A stretch of DNA of 64,000 nucleotides from Phallusia mammillata. Lineage: Eukaryota. Both the position numbers and the translations under genes were made by a program. Below the pieces are notes generated by a model. That model worked only from the letters and a program-made list of their open reading frames with translations, ran no database searches and was not told where the DNA came from. Numbering within the stretch: position 1 is the stretch's first letter; every line of letters starts with the position of its first letter. The stretch covers positions 18,476,001 through 18,540,000 of the forward strand of contig OZ281496.1 in the NCBI GenBank assembly GCA_965637545.1, given 5' to 3'. Shown here piece after piece: positions 1-12,377 of the stretch.

Positions 1-356
1 CTACCCTTTGCTACAAGTATAGATATTCGCAGTCTCATTGCTGCTAGAAACCAGAAAATAAACAGTCTAATCATCAGATTAACAATCTTAGCTTTGCATG
101 GCACCGTCTGTGTGGACGCCAGTGTTAATGATTCCTTACATAATTGCATGAAAACTACATCTTCAAAAGCAACACTAAACGCACATCGGTCTCAGCACAG
201 AACGTCACACAAAAGAAAATTAAAAAGCGCTGGTTTATGGGAGACGAAATAAGACGAGCATTGGATGAGATTTGATGTTAACTACTGGTCTTTAAATGCG
301 GAAATGCAACACCTAAACATGCAATGCAGTATAACACCATAATACGCTGTTACAAC

Positions 357-870
357 CAGGGAGTCGAACCGCTTGTCATATGGGTTCAGGTTCACTTGAT
401 TTTGTTTTTAAGGGTTCGGGTTCGGGTTCGGTTCCGGTTTTTAAAAATGCATATTTTCGGGTTCGGGTTTTGTTCCGGTTTGGGCAAATTATCCGGTCCG
501 AACCGGTTTGCGGTTTTTAAACCGGTTCACATTTTTATTCGTTTAAATTTAATTCTACCCATCATCTACTTGGCCTTGTCAAACTCAAAAGAATTTTGCC
601 CCTACACTGTTATTTTTGACATGCCCTATAAGTGTTATGTCGTGTATTCTTCAGTGCGCTGTTTTGAAAAAATCACAACATATAAAACAGACTGCATTTT
701 TTACTGGTTCGGTTCCGGTTCGGGTCCAACGCCAAACAAAATATGGGGTTCAACTCCGGTTCGGGTTTTTAGAAAATTGTAATTGGCGGTTCGGGTTCGG
801 TTCGGGTTTAATGAAATTAACCGCTCAAACCGGTTCGCGGGTTCGGGTTCAGTTCCGGTTCGACTCACTG
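357..870. mobile_element. hAT-type MITE (514 bp) with internal GTTCGG repeats
   Basis: TIR CAGGGAGTCGAACC / GGTTCGACTCACTG (1 mismatch); perfect 8-bp TSD GTTACAAC at 349-356 and 871-878; many (G)GTTCGG subterminal repeats. Confidence 0.93.
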
Positions 871-1640
871 GTTACAACGTCACACAAAAACTTTCCTAAG
901 GCTATGGCGGAAGTCTGTATTTAAGAATATATCCGGCTTCACGTGAGGTTATCAAGGTTTTTGATTTGTTTACCAGCACGTTGATAACTATATAACAGTC
1001 AAACGATTTTCAAAAAACGTCTGTTCTCTGATATTTTTGATAGGTTAATTAAACGTTTCTTTTTCAAGTTTCCACTATTCTTTCTTTCCACATTTGACCA
1101 TAAGATGAGACTCAACGTTGGAAAAAGGAGAAATCGAGTACCATGAAAAAACGTCGATATATTTTAACGTGAAATTGTTTCCGTTTAACCATTCAGAACA
1201 AAGCTGAAGATTTAAAAAATACAGCACTGTGCTTTTTAGTCACATTTTGTGCACCTCCAATTGCGTTTAAAACCATACATGGTGACCCATATTTTAAACA
1301 CCAAGACTATATTAGCTTTATACTGGGATTTGGATATAATTATCAACGATAAAGCAGTTTCAAGTGGGATATAGATACCCCTGCCATACAACAATGTATC
1401 ATAAATTCATACCACAGAGCATCGGTATATCTAAGCACACGTTGATCAGACAATCCAGAACAATATGCGTCAGGGGCTTTATGACATCCGTTTCTTTCCG
1501 GGATTTTATATCTACCAACATTGTGTCACAACGTATGCTGTAGTCTATATAGTATAACGCATTTTCAACGCACCTTTAGTAACCGTAAAATTGTTGTTAA
1601 AAATCTGCGAGTAAACATCATTTCATTTGATGTTAGCAAC

Positions 1641-4600
1641 ATGCAGCCGAATTATTATTTTCATTTCTGACTACCTGTATCATGTTGCTCGGGGGTAAGT
1701 AAAAATGTGTTTGTCGTACAAATAGAAACAAGAAAGTCCAAATTTTGAGAATCAGTTATCAAGAAACTATAAACAAATATTAGATCAAATCAAAATAATA
1801 CAATGAAATGAAATATGGTTTGTGCAAAATAATAAGTACAACATACTTCCTTGCAGGAAGCAATTTAAACTTCTGAAAAGCATAAAGTTTATATTGATTC
1901 CAGGTTCGTCGGCATGTGTACGGCCTCGCACCATAAATGACGTCTCCCATGAAAGCGCTATTACTAAAGAATGCGACACGTGGCAGTGGAATTTCATATA
2001 CACCAGGCCTGGTGTTGGCGGCATTCAAAGTCGATTTTTTGGTCATGGGTTAGCTGAAAACGATTACTGCAAGGTAAACATTTATGCATTATGTTCATGA
2101 AAAACGTTGTTACAGCAAAAACACCATATCTCTGTCAGTGTATTAATATTTGTTGTTTATTGTGTAAGAGTAATAAATATCCAGAATGAAATACTAAGTT
2201 CAACTGCCGTAGACCATATTTTTGGTCAAGAAACAAATTCCTAAAAATCAGAAAATCGCATTTTCAGCGCGTCATATAGACTGCAACGACAGTCATAATC
2301 TCACCCGGTAAAAAAAGCTTAGATCAAAATGTAGCAAAAAAACTTATAGCTGGTATCATTACTCAAATCTTATACAAATTTATCAAATATTCCTTGCGTA
2401 CCTGCCACCAAACATAAAATACTGAATACACATTGCTTCAGTGGCCGCTTTCAAAGCTTTTTTTCATAATTATGCGGAAAGTAGATTAAGTGAGACAATA
2501 TGTCGCCATTACTTCCAAAACAGTGTCTGAAATTGTGACATATATCCTTCTGCATTTTATGATTCATCTCAGTTTTAGCAACATAATATTGACCATTTTC
2601 GTTTCCCACAAAAACTCATCAAAAGAAGCGTACTATATTCGCTTTAAGACAAACGCGACTACAAAACAGATGAAGGTCGATAGAACAAACCAACTTATCA
2701 CCCTACTGTATGGAGCTCTTCTTGCAATTGTATTTTTGTACCAACGTTTTGACGCCCACCTATACCGGTAAATAACACAGAAATACGATTCGTTGGTGTT
2801 TACCCTTATGAAGATGATCTGTATAGAGCGTCGAAACGTTGGTACAAAAATACAATTGCAAGAAATGCTCTATAAAGTTGATATTATGCCTGGCAGCAAC
2901 ATCTCATACACACATATATCATCCCAAAGACGGAGTCGCAAGAGTGTAACCAGTTGTGGGTGTCTGTAATTAATTTGTTCCCCGACAAACCGTTCACACC
3001 ATTTCACGACGGTTAGGAAATGTGACGTCACCTTTTACGCAAGAGTGCTGGCGTTTTTCTACTTCTAAGATAGTTATTTAATTGGTTGTAGGCTACAACT
3101 CGTCCAGAAATTGACAAAGTTCTACAAAAGATTCAGTTGATCACATTTCACAATCATCTACACTTTTCAAGTGCTCTTCCACTGTGGCGCCCTCTTTGAT
3201 ACAATGATTCGGCTGCAACGAAGCGTGCGTATTGCATTTTTCTCGCTCTGTCGTCACCGCCTGATAGTCTTGCGTTTCCTGTTGCGCGGTTTTCTATTTT
3301 CCGCAACGCTTTTGATAAAGCATCCGATTTACTAATGATCCCGAGGATCAAACCGCGGTCTTCTATTGTTGCACTACAGTTGTAGAAAGGATCGTATTTG
3401 CTTTACCCCTTTTAATATTGCTAAGACATGAAAAACAAAATAAAAAGGTTTAGGCGCAGTTATCAGCCTTTTTATGACTACTTACAATGGGGCACCATTT
3501 GTAATAAAAATATGTTTCACTTTCAAAAATCTGCTTTTGGCTCAATAATGCGTCCGTGTGTAAAAATATGCGTCAGAGAATGGAAGAACTACTAAAAAAA
3601 TATGCGTTATCAGAGAATGGAAAAACTACTAACACCATACCTTGCGGCAGCCACTCATTTAGCTGAATTGCGGTAGGTGATGCAAAGAGCCGTCACTAAT
3701 ACAGGCAACCGCAAGACAAACTCAAAGCCCAATTAACTTCCAATAGAATGCAACGTTTGTCAAGAGCAGAAGCTGATTTTCTTCAGATTTTACGATGTTT
3801 TGAACCATACCGCAACAAACAAACCATGGTCGCGACCGTGCTCGAAAATCCCAAGGTGGCGGCGTCACCCCGCCACCGCCTATTCGGCGCCGATGGGTAC
3901 GTGCTTGCTAAACAGTAAAAGACAGCGGATATGTTCAAAAATCATGTAACCCGTCTTTTATTATAACGCCCAGTAAATTTGTGTATTTATTATCATCTAG
4001 AAACCAAAATCAAATAGGTTTTGTTGTTCTGTGATGCATTTCTATGCCTTCAACCCATCTCACGGTTTGTCACAGTTTTGTGCCAACTCAGAATGACATT
4101 CCTGTTTAGATTTCGCTACTTTAGAATGGAAAATCCTTCTTGATATCAATACTGCTTCCATTCCACAAAGTTTTTTGTGACAATTGTTTCTTAATCTTGT
4201 TTCAATTGCAATCGCTTCATGTTGATTTCCCCGTGCGGCGCGCTTGCGAAAATGTCCGCGTGCATGTAATAGTACCTCGTTCTCTTCCTTTCTGGGCGGG
4301 GTACCTTTAAATTCACAACGTTTCGCGATTAGTTGAGATTATGTACTGATTGGTAGTGTATTATCATTTCTACGTTGTCCCATTCCACTTTGTCGCATTC
4401 CAATCAAGTTTTATACACAAAATTCGCCATTTTTAAATAATTAGGTTCAGCTACACTAAGCTAAAGGGAGTAGTACAAGTTGATCTTCTTTGTAACTTAT
4501 GCTTTAAGACTTATAATGCTGCATATTGGTACATTGATTGTGAAATAAATTTTAGGTAACTTAATTGCTAATGTTAAAAATAGTCTGATTTTTAAACAAT

Positions 4601-7600
4601 TTAAACTGTTTAATGGAAGGCAAGAGTGAAAAGTTAAAAGTAATTAATATTTAAACCAGCATTGGTGGATTTAATGCAACGTCTTTGCACTCTGATATTT
4701 TTAGCGTTATCCTGGTGGACAAAGCGTCATCTGTTCTGTTTCTTTTAATTTTATTACATTTATTACCACCAGGTATATGCAGGAAACGACACAAACGGCC
4801 AATATATTGGAGAACTAACTGGTAACGTATCTTCGTCTGGTCCTGTGGTTGCCTACAATTCTAGAAGCATTTTCTTCGACTGCAAGACCAACGAAACTAA
4901 TATGGATGTTTTAATCTCAGTAGATGGCGGTAAAGTATTATGTGTAAAATTGTGCGGTTGTGTTACAATTATTTTTAAGTATGTTTGTCAGTGGTTTCAT
5001 TCTATTGCCCAAACAACGTTATTTTGAAGTTTACTGTGTCCCAATCATTTTTTGTGAGGTGAAACAATATTGCAAACAAGAACATCAAAATATTTCTTAA
5101 TAAGGTTGAATTAAAGATCTATTACTTTAAAGTCGAGTTTTTCTTATAGTTTGTCTCTCTTCATACGTCGAGCGCCACAAACTACACAAAAAGGTTTATT
5201 ATAATGATTACAGTTTTGTCTGGGCTAAGGTTCACACTATTTGGTCAGTTCTTAGCTGTAATAAATTTCCCAGTGATTCGCCTGGCGTTGTCATGAACAA
5301 GGGTTTATGTTGTTTGGAGGCATATTTCACCATTTTACTCTAAGCTGCTTTGACTTCACCAAAACAACATTAATAATAAACTTACTGATCGCTTCACATT
5401 CCAACTAACCAAAAATTTTGCGCAGTTAAATTTCAATCATAAAAATATACTAACACGAATAAATTATTTCACGCCTTTGCAGATCAAGTTTTTTTTATTA
5501 AAGTCGAGGGAATTATCACCTTACCCCCAAACTTACCCCTAAGAATACAATACATTAAATATTGCGCTTACATCAATATGCGGTTTTTCAGTACTACATT
5601 ATTTCTAGGTTTTTGCCCTCGTTCGCAAAGTTGTGCTCTAACTAAAGCACGATACAATCTTCTGATAAAGTTTATTTGAAAAGGCGGTAAAAAACACTTT
5701 TCCTGAACAATGCTAAAAACTAAACATTATTGACGTGTTTTTGATGGATCATGATACAATCCGAATATCACGCATTCGTAATTCGCCTGATTATTTCAAA
5801 ATGTGTCGAAATTTCAACAATCGCTGTTTTACGATTTAGTTGATTCCAGTGAATGTGGAGTAACAACTATCACCAGTCTACCTGTTACCATCTCGTCACC
5901 AAACTACCCTTCAAACTACGACATCCATTCTGTTTGTATCTGGGAGTTTACAGCCGATGAGCCGGTTTCATTCGTGTTCAACTTCGAAAGTATTGATGTC
6001 GAAAAGTCATATGACTTCGTCTACGTAAGTTTGAATTAAGAAAAAAATACTTTTGTGTCAAACTTACAGGTGACAAAGAAAAGCTTGTAATTAAACTTTT
6101 TAATGAATTAAGGTAATTTCCGATGATCCCTCGTCACCAAACTTAAAAATTTCGGGAAGTCACAGCCAGTTCCAGTTTGAAACTTCTGGGCCAAGTTTTC
6201 AAATGTTTATGACCTCCGACCATGCAGAAGTTGACCAAGGATTCATGGTTACAATCAGCGAAAGTGAAGACAGGAACAACGAAGGTACACAAGTTGCAAG
6301 CACTTCTTTGAATGCCAGTCAACGTTAATAGTTTTTATTATATTTTTTATGTCTCACACAATTAAATCCTTTTTTTAGATTTTACTGTTAATTGCTCATC
6401 TACTGGTACAAAAACAAGGTAAGTTGCAAGATCTAATTCTTCTAAAACCAAACACAAACGTATGGATCGTGTAGAATGAAATTAGAAAATATTTTTGTGC
6501 TTCAAACAAATAAAACTAAAGCAGGAATTATTCTTGAACTTTACCAAGACATAATACTTTTAAAAACATCTTGTCCTTTCAAAAGAACGCGTTGCACCGA
6601 TTTGGAAACAATACTCGTTCTATGTTGTAGCTTGTCGGATTGTACCTTACGGGTTCTATGTTGTACCTTACGTGCGAAACTTGTTGCCTGAAGCGGGCCA
6701 CCAACTTCAGCTGGTCGGTGACGGTCTGCAGCCATTGGCCAATTGTTTTGCTGTGAAAAACAATGATTTTGACATATATGAGGTGGAATTCACTGGTCGA
6801 CATGACCAATGCTCAGCAAACATCAATGTAAATATTCATTTGGTTTTTAGTAAGATTTCATCCGTCTGGGAATTACTGCTAACTGAAAAGTTAAATTCAG
6901 GAAACCGACAGTGAGATTATTGTGACCTACAAATTGTTGCTTTCTGAAACATCAAGTGAACACATCATTTCTCGCAGCGACCAACAACCAGTTATTGAGT
7001 TTCAATGTGCGTTCAATCGCACTGAAGTTGTGTCACTTTCTCAGCCTCTGATAGTTATGATAAGGTGAGACCAAAATGTAGTTGTTTTAGTAAAACATAT
7101 CAATTAAAGAAATCTTTCCGTAAATAAATCAAAGGACTGCGACGATTCTGGGTCATTATGAATGCAGGAAATTTTAGTGTAAAAAACGTTATATATTATT
7201 GTTTCAAAAGACAATTGCATAACACAAACTTAAAAATGCAAACGGAAAAGGCAGAAACGGGAGTATAAATTAAGGCAATTGCGGCAACGTATTACCGGAA
7301 AGAAGATCATTGATAGTGGTGCCAGTTAACTTTACCCATGAATTTCCTCATAAATCAACCCTTTTTACGTGAGGTTACCCTTTCAGCAGACGTCCACCAA
7401 ACAACTCGATGGGAAAAAACCTTTTTTTTTTGCTTGATTGATAGATCCTCAGAATTACCAATAGCTTAGCCTTGGCTTGGTGACCGCACAAACCACACAT
7501 TTGCCACAAATATATAATCCTGTTTTTGTAATCTTGTGTTTTGTACGCCAAGCTTTTGCACCACGAACGTGTGTTTGTGTACAAATGTGCCTTGTACGAC

Positions 7601-8952
7601 CACTAAACTAAACAACGACTTATACGTGTCACCAACCATAGGTTCTACTTTTACACTATCTGTCTTACACTGTGCAAAACAACATGTCGACCAGACAAAT
7701 CAATTGTTTTCATTTCGAGGAATCTCCGATTGAGCTGTTTGGTGGACATCCGATTTATGTAACCGCACCGGCCCTTATACCCGACTTTTATAAATACCGC
7801 CAGATATTGTTCAGAGCCACAACCTGCCCACGTAACAAAAAGTTCGCTACATAAAGATGTTCCTCTGCATTTTATCTCCATCTCCATCTCCACCTATTTC
7901 CACTGAATACACAAGAATTCATTCTTTGTGTTTGTGTGTGTGTGTATTTTTGCTTGTGGTACTAATTTCATCCCGCTAATACATTTTTTGTTACCAGAAA
8001 CTGAGGAAGCAAAAATAATCATATTTTGTGAAATAATTAAATTTAGACAATGCTTTTGTCCGAAATTTCCTTTTTTTTCCTAATTTTGAAATTATTTTTT
8101 GTATAGTCACGTTGTCGTCCCTTTGGGCAAATTTTCAACATCCTTTGTCATGGAAATGGCTCGTTCACATCGGATACTTTTATGACAATCGAAAATGAAC
8201 GGACAATAACGATAGGATCTCCTGTTTACATTGGTGTTAAAATTATTGTTGACATCGAAACCGAGCTGGTTTTACAGGTACGAAATTTAATTACTGCATG
8301 TTGTTTTATTTATTAGATATTGGCATTGAGCAAACAATCCTTTTTTAGGGTATTACCTGCGACGGAAAGCCATCACAAAACGAAACGGTTCTCATCTATC
8401 CAATTGTCGATAACGGGTAAATAATTGGTTGAAACAAAATATTGTAAGGTGGTTATTTTACGAACAAAATTACAGATGTGCAGCAGAAGATCCTCTTACT
8501 ATGAACGGAAACATCATCTACAACTTGATGGATGCAAGAGTGTTTGGAATTTCTTTTCTCGGTTTGAGTTGGTCTCATGAACAGGATGGAAAGCAGGAGT
8601 TGTGGTTGTCATGCAAAATGACCATTGGTCAGAAAAACATGGATGGAAATTGTCAAATAGTAGGAAAAAACTTGTTTCCACTTTCTCGCAAATTACTTTT
8701 AATTTATACATGATTATATTTTCAGAACTGTGAAAACGATATAATTGTCAAACGATCAGTTAAAGATGCTGTTGGAGCTGAAAAAGATGTGAGGAATATT
8801 GAGCTTGGACCTTTTCACATTGTTGGAGACTAAAAGAATACAGTGAGCAATACAATGGACGAAATATGGACATCTTTTAAAATGTGCCTTTTTTGACTGT
8901 AATGATAATGATCATTCTTGTTTGTGCCATAAAGCTGAAAAACGGAAACTGA
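1641..8952 (+). pseudogene. Pseudogene paralog of the CUB-CUB-ZP-TM gene at 18969-30531
   Basis: Exons 1641-~1694, 1904-2073, 4773-4929, 5840-6024, 6113-6284, 6379-6418, 6631-6827, 6901-7064, 8107-8277, 8349-8416, 8476-8659, 8726-8952 align with the intact copy. Lesions: 7-nt deletion in the signal-peptide exon, net 25-nt insertion in 6631-6827, 1-nt deletion near 8165, nonsense TAA 8831-8833, EGF module missing, 1-nt deletion in the TM segment (~8890). Confidence 0.88.
2709..2895. mobile_element. Small inverted pseudo-LTR remnant of the Penelope-like family, with a degenerate hammerhead-like motif
   Basis: ~50-bp inverted arms (2713-2765 / 2821-2870). The right arm and tail TTGATATTATGCCTGGCA match the 3' end of the Penelope-like element at 26730-26816. 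TGAAGA...GAAACGTT motif at 2809-2840. Confidence 0.65.
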
Positions 8953-9516
8953 AAGCTTAATGTCAAAAGTCAAATAGTATTTGTTGTGTATTTCCAAAAC
9001 ATAATGTTGGCGTGTTTTGTTGTTGCTACTTTAATCTCCGTGCTAATTAAGCTATTGATCATATTTTAAACAGAAAGTCATGTTATTAAAGGGTGATCAC
9101 ACATGAACATTTGTATTTAAATTTTGATTGCACCAAAAAGAAGTCTTCAAGTTAGGTTTAATCTTCATAAGCCGATAGGTTTTGTTTTTGCTTACCTGTC
9201 ACTAAGTTTATTTTACAAAAACTCTTATAGCGTGAATTAACCTAAATAGTAACAGAAAACATGGGAGAATTAGTATTTATTATACTGATACCATGTTCCG
9301 TTGGGTTGACCCATTGTTGGTCTTCAACGTCAAATAGAATAAAGACGGACTGAAAGCAGAAGTTTTCGCTTAACATTTTACTGTAGTAGCTCTTTGTAGA
9401 CACCTAGTGAAAAAGCAAAGTCTAAAACCCTATTGTAGTTAAATCCTCATTGCCATGCATTACCCAATTGTTGGCTACAAGTACAAGTGGTGAAATCTGA
9501 ATTTGAAGCTCTGTAG

Positions 9517-9874
9517 CAGTGGTTCTCAAACTTTCGTGGACCGTGGCCCAGTAAAAGTAACTTTTGGATCTCGTGTCCCACTTCAAGTCACCCTGTAGGA
9601 CCCGTGACCCCACAAAAAATCGTAAATGGCAATCTCATGTTGGAATTCGGTACGGATTTCGACTTTAAACAGGTCGAATAGAATAAACAACAATCCGTAA
9701 TCGTAAAAACCTTAATATTGACAAATTATATGTGAAAAAGTCGATTAAATTAGGGAATAAAGTTAAAAAGAAAATGGATTTCAGAGGGTGTTTCTGGTGA
9801 ATCTACACCCGTGCCCCCCGGAACACAGCTTGTAGCCCCCCTGGGGGCCCATGGGCCCTGGTTGAGAACCACTG
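9517..9874. mobile_element. hAT (Charlie/Buster-like) MITE, 358 bp
   Basis: Perfect 13-bp TIR CAGTGGTTCTCAA / TTGAGAACCACTG; TSD CTCTGTAG (9509-9516) / CTCTATAG (9875-9882). Confidence 0.92.
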
Positions 9875-12016
9875 CTCTATAGTGTAAGTAAGTTATACTG
9901 TAATTGTTGTTACGGAATTGTTTCGACAGGTTTTGGAATTCGGCAAAAAGATGCCTAATTCTATCCTAACATAAAATTGTTTACTTAATTCGGAAACGGC
10001 CCTAACACAGCAGTAACGGCTCACCACTAAACTAAACGCAGACCACAAGCTGGTTTCACTACGGGCGCCTTGAAAATAAAACGATGGAAAGGCATATGCA
10101 TAAAACAACTAGAACTTCCAATTTCAACAAGTTCTACTTAATTTAAAGTAATCGCCGGCACATGTGGCGAACTAAGACGCATCCGGGTAACGATATAAAC
10201 AGAAGCGTAAACTCGGAAATGAGTTGCGATCATGGAAACGAAGAAAAAAACAACAGTTAAACACGACAATAAACGAATGAAAAAAGTCGTGGGCGAAGAT
10301 ATATAACACGACAAAGAAAATAATAATCAATTTATTTGGTAAACTTATAAGTGCACGTAGGTTTGGAAAATAAAGAAAAATCGAATAATGCATCATTAAC
10401 ACAAGGTGAAGATGCTAAAAAATCGCCACCCTGTTAACAATGAAAGGCGACCAGAGACATCGAGTTTTGTCCGTCAATAGGCCCACGGTTAATTTAACTG
10501 TTTTTACCGGATATTCGTTTAATGGGTGAATATTGAAATGTAAATGGAATTCCCGTGTAGTTTGTAGCATAATTCTTACCTTTTGATATTGTTATTTGCA
10601 AAACCTTACGATATTTAATTCCCAAAACCGTTAAAATTAGAAATAATCTAATCAGAATTATATCTTATTATAGTCTTTCTTCATCAAGCTTTATCCAATT
10701 CTTATTTTACAATACTTGTCTGACACGCTTAACCTAAAATCGGTCGTTATGCGAAACAATTTTAGCGTATCATGCCACGCAACCTTGTACGGTTTTCGTA
10801 TTGCGCTCTAACTGATGAATTAGGAACCGGTATGAAACGAAATGGCGCAAATTATAAAGAAGTAAAATTGCGCTTGATTTTACGAAACTCTTACACAGCA
10901 AAGAAGGGTTATGGCTGATTGCACAAAGCTCGTTTGGAAAACGCGTTAAATTTGAGTGTAAAATTGTAAAGTAAAACGTATGACCCTTGTCTTAACTTCG
11001 GCGTTAAATAAAATAAAAACGAATTCAATTTAGAAATTTATAAGTAACAATTCATTCATGTTACTCTCTAGGGACACTTACTGGGTGACAGCTATGTTGT
11101 TGTTTTTGTTTAATTAGTGATGTCATATTTGTCAACTACGAGTAGCGGCCCCAATAATGATCTTCAGAAATCCTGACTCTTCGATTCCAAACATTTTCGA
11201 TGACTAAATCATGTAATGGATTTGGCAAGCAGAGTAGATCTACCTGTCCTATCAAGTATACGGCGAGTTACCGGTTATTCTTGCAACCTCTATTACGACT
11301 ATGCAAGTGGCCAGAGTATTATTGGACCAGTTATGTTCAATCGTTGGTTGCGGGAAATCCGCTTGTTATGACCACCCCGGTAGGGCGGGTATGACGAAGG
11401 ACATTAAAAACTTGATCACTCACTAGGCCTTTAAGCACAGGCATCTTACTGTGAATAACGCCCCGACTTTCTCTTCGGCTTGTGGCTGCATTCGGCCGCC
11501 AACCAGCTAACAACACTTGTCTTCTCCTTTCCTTGGAGGTCAAAACAGCACAGACATTTTGATTCACTGACCTCGAAGCTACAAATCGGGATTTTCGCTA
11601 ATAAAACACGTGTGGATTGCACGTGATTTGTCCGCAGTGTAGACCTTTGCCTTGTGACCGTCGTCTTATAATTAAAACACTGCTTGTCTTGGCGTGAATG
11701 ATGTTCTCCGTCTGTCTACAGAAGCTAAATTATTTGTTTAGGCGACATAAAATAGATCAGCAACTGTAGCCAACACATCAAATGTCTTGGGTGCTTTTTC
11801 AAGCAAATACACAATAAAACTGCCGTTTAACAAGAAATTTTGCAATTTTATCCATTCAGTAGAACTGCCAGCATTTCGACCTATTTTTTGAAAACTTCTT
11901 TATTCAAATTAAAAATTCATTAAATTTTCGTAAAGGTTTGGTATACCAGAACAAAACTTCGTCCTGTTCTCAATGCATCGGTGTCTGAAAGCTCCTGAAT
12001 AAAACCTCGAGCGCAA

Positions 12017-12377
12017 GGTAGAGCTACTAACACCATAACGCACACGACACCCAAAGTCGATTAGGGAAAAACCTTAATCGGGATTCGTCCCCGGGAGTGT
12101 CCTGGGTTCAAACCCCGTGAAAAAAAAAAATAGAAAAAAAAGTCGATTAGGGAGCGTAAAGAGCTGAATTTTTTATTTAACGCCAATAAATGGGTTGGGT
12201 TGGGAAATAAGTTTTTTAAATTTTTTACATTAGTAACTAATTTTTTGGGTTAGTTTTATTGAATTTTAAGTGCTCATACCTTACCCCGACCATAATAGCC
12301 CTAACCGTGAGCATTTTTGGAGATATAATCAAATCGACTTTGGATGTCGTGTGCGTTATGGTGTTAGTAGCTCTACC
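12017..12377. mobile_element. MITE with 46-bp TIRs and 3-bp TSD (PIF/Harbinger-like), interrupted by a SINE
   Basis: GGTAGAGCTACTAACACCATAACGCACACGAC...GTCGATT at the left end matches the reverse complement of 12332-12377 with 1 mismatch; CAA on both flanks. A related internal segment (TAGCCCTAACCGTSAGCATTTTT) recurs near 21090-21120. Confidence 0.82.
12068..12138 (+). mobile_element. 5'-truncated tRNA-derived SINE with A-tail and 15-bp TSD
   Basis: TCGGGATTCGTCCCCGGGAGTGTCCTGGGTTCAAACCCCGTG followed by poly(A); B-box GGTTCAAACCC; direct repeat AAAGTCGATTAGGGA at 12053-12067 and 12139-12153. Confidence 0.85.

Noticed and set aside
324-924. ORFs of 152 aa and 102 aa
   Set aside because: They read through the GTTCGG repeats of a TSD-flanked MITE, giving low-complexity RVRVRF and GSGSG peptides.
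1394-1543. ~50-codon upstream frame open in both paralogs (also 18735-18890)
   Set aside because: The flanking non-coding DNA is similarly conserved and several changes are non-synonymous, so it cannot be told from neutral similarity.
1630-1695. Upstream ATG that might rescue the frameshifted first exon of the pseudogene
   Set aside because: It reads a different frame, gives no signal peptide, and ends in phase 2 while exon 2 needs phase 1.
7430-7580. Antisense intronic frame open in both paralogs (also 28631-28822)
   Set aside because: Codon alignment shows mostly amino-acid-changing differences and no recognisable domain.
11150-11570. Minus-strand IENVWNRRV resembling the Tc1 SPDLNPIENVW motif
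   Set aside because: No other DDE motifs in frame and no TIRs found.
12078-12118. Possible tRNA genes at the three A/B-box sites
   Set aside because: No acceptor-stem pairing or intact anticodon arm; A-tails and a 15-bp TSD indicate SINE copies.
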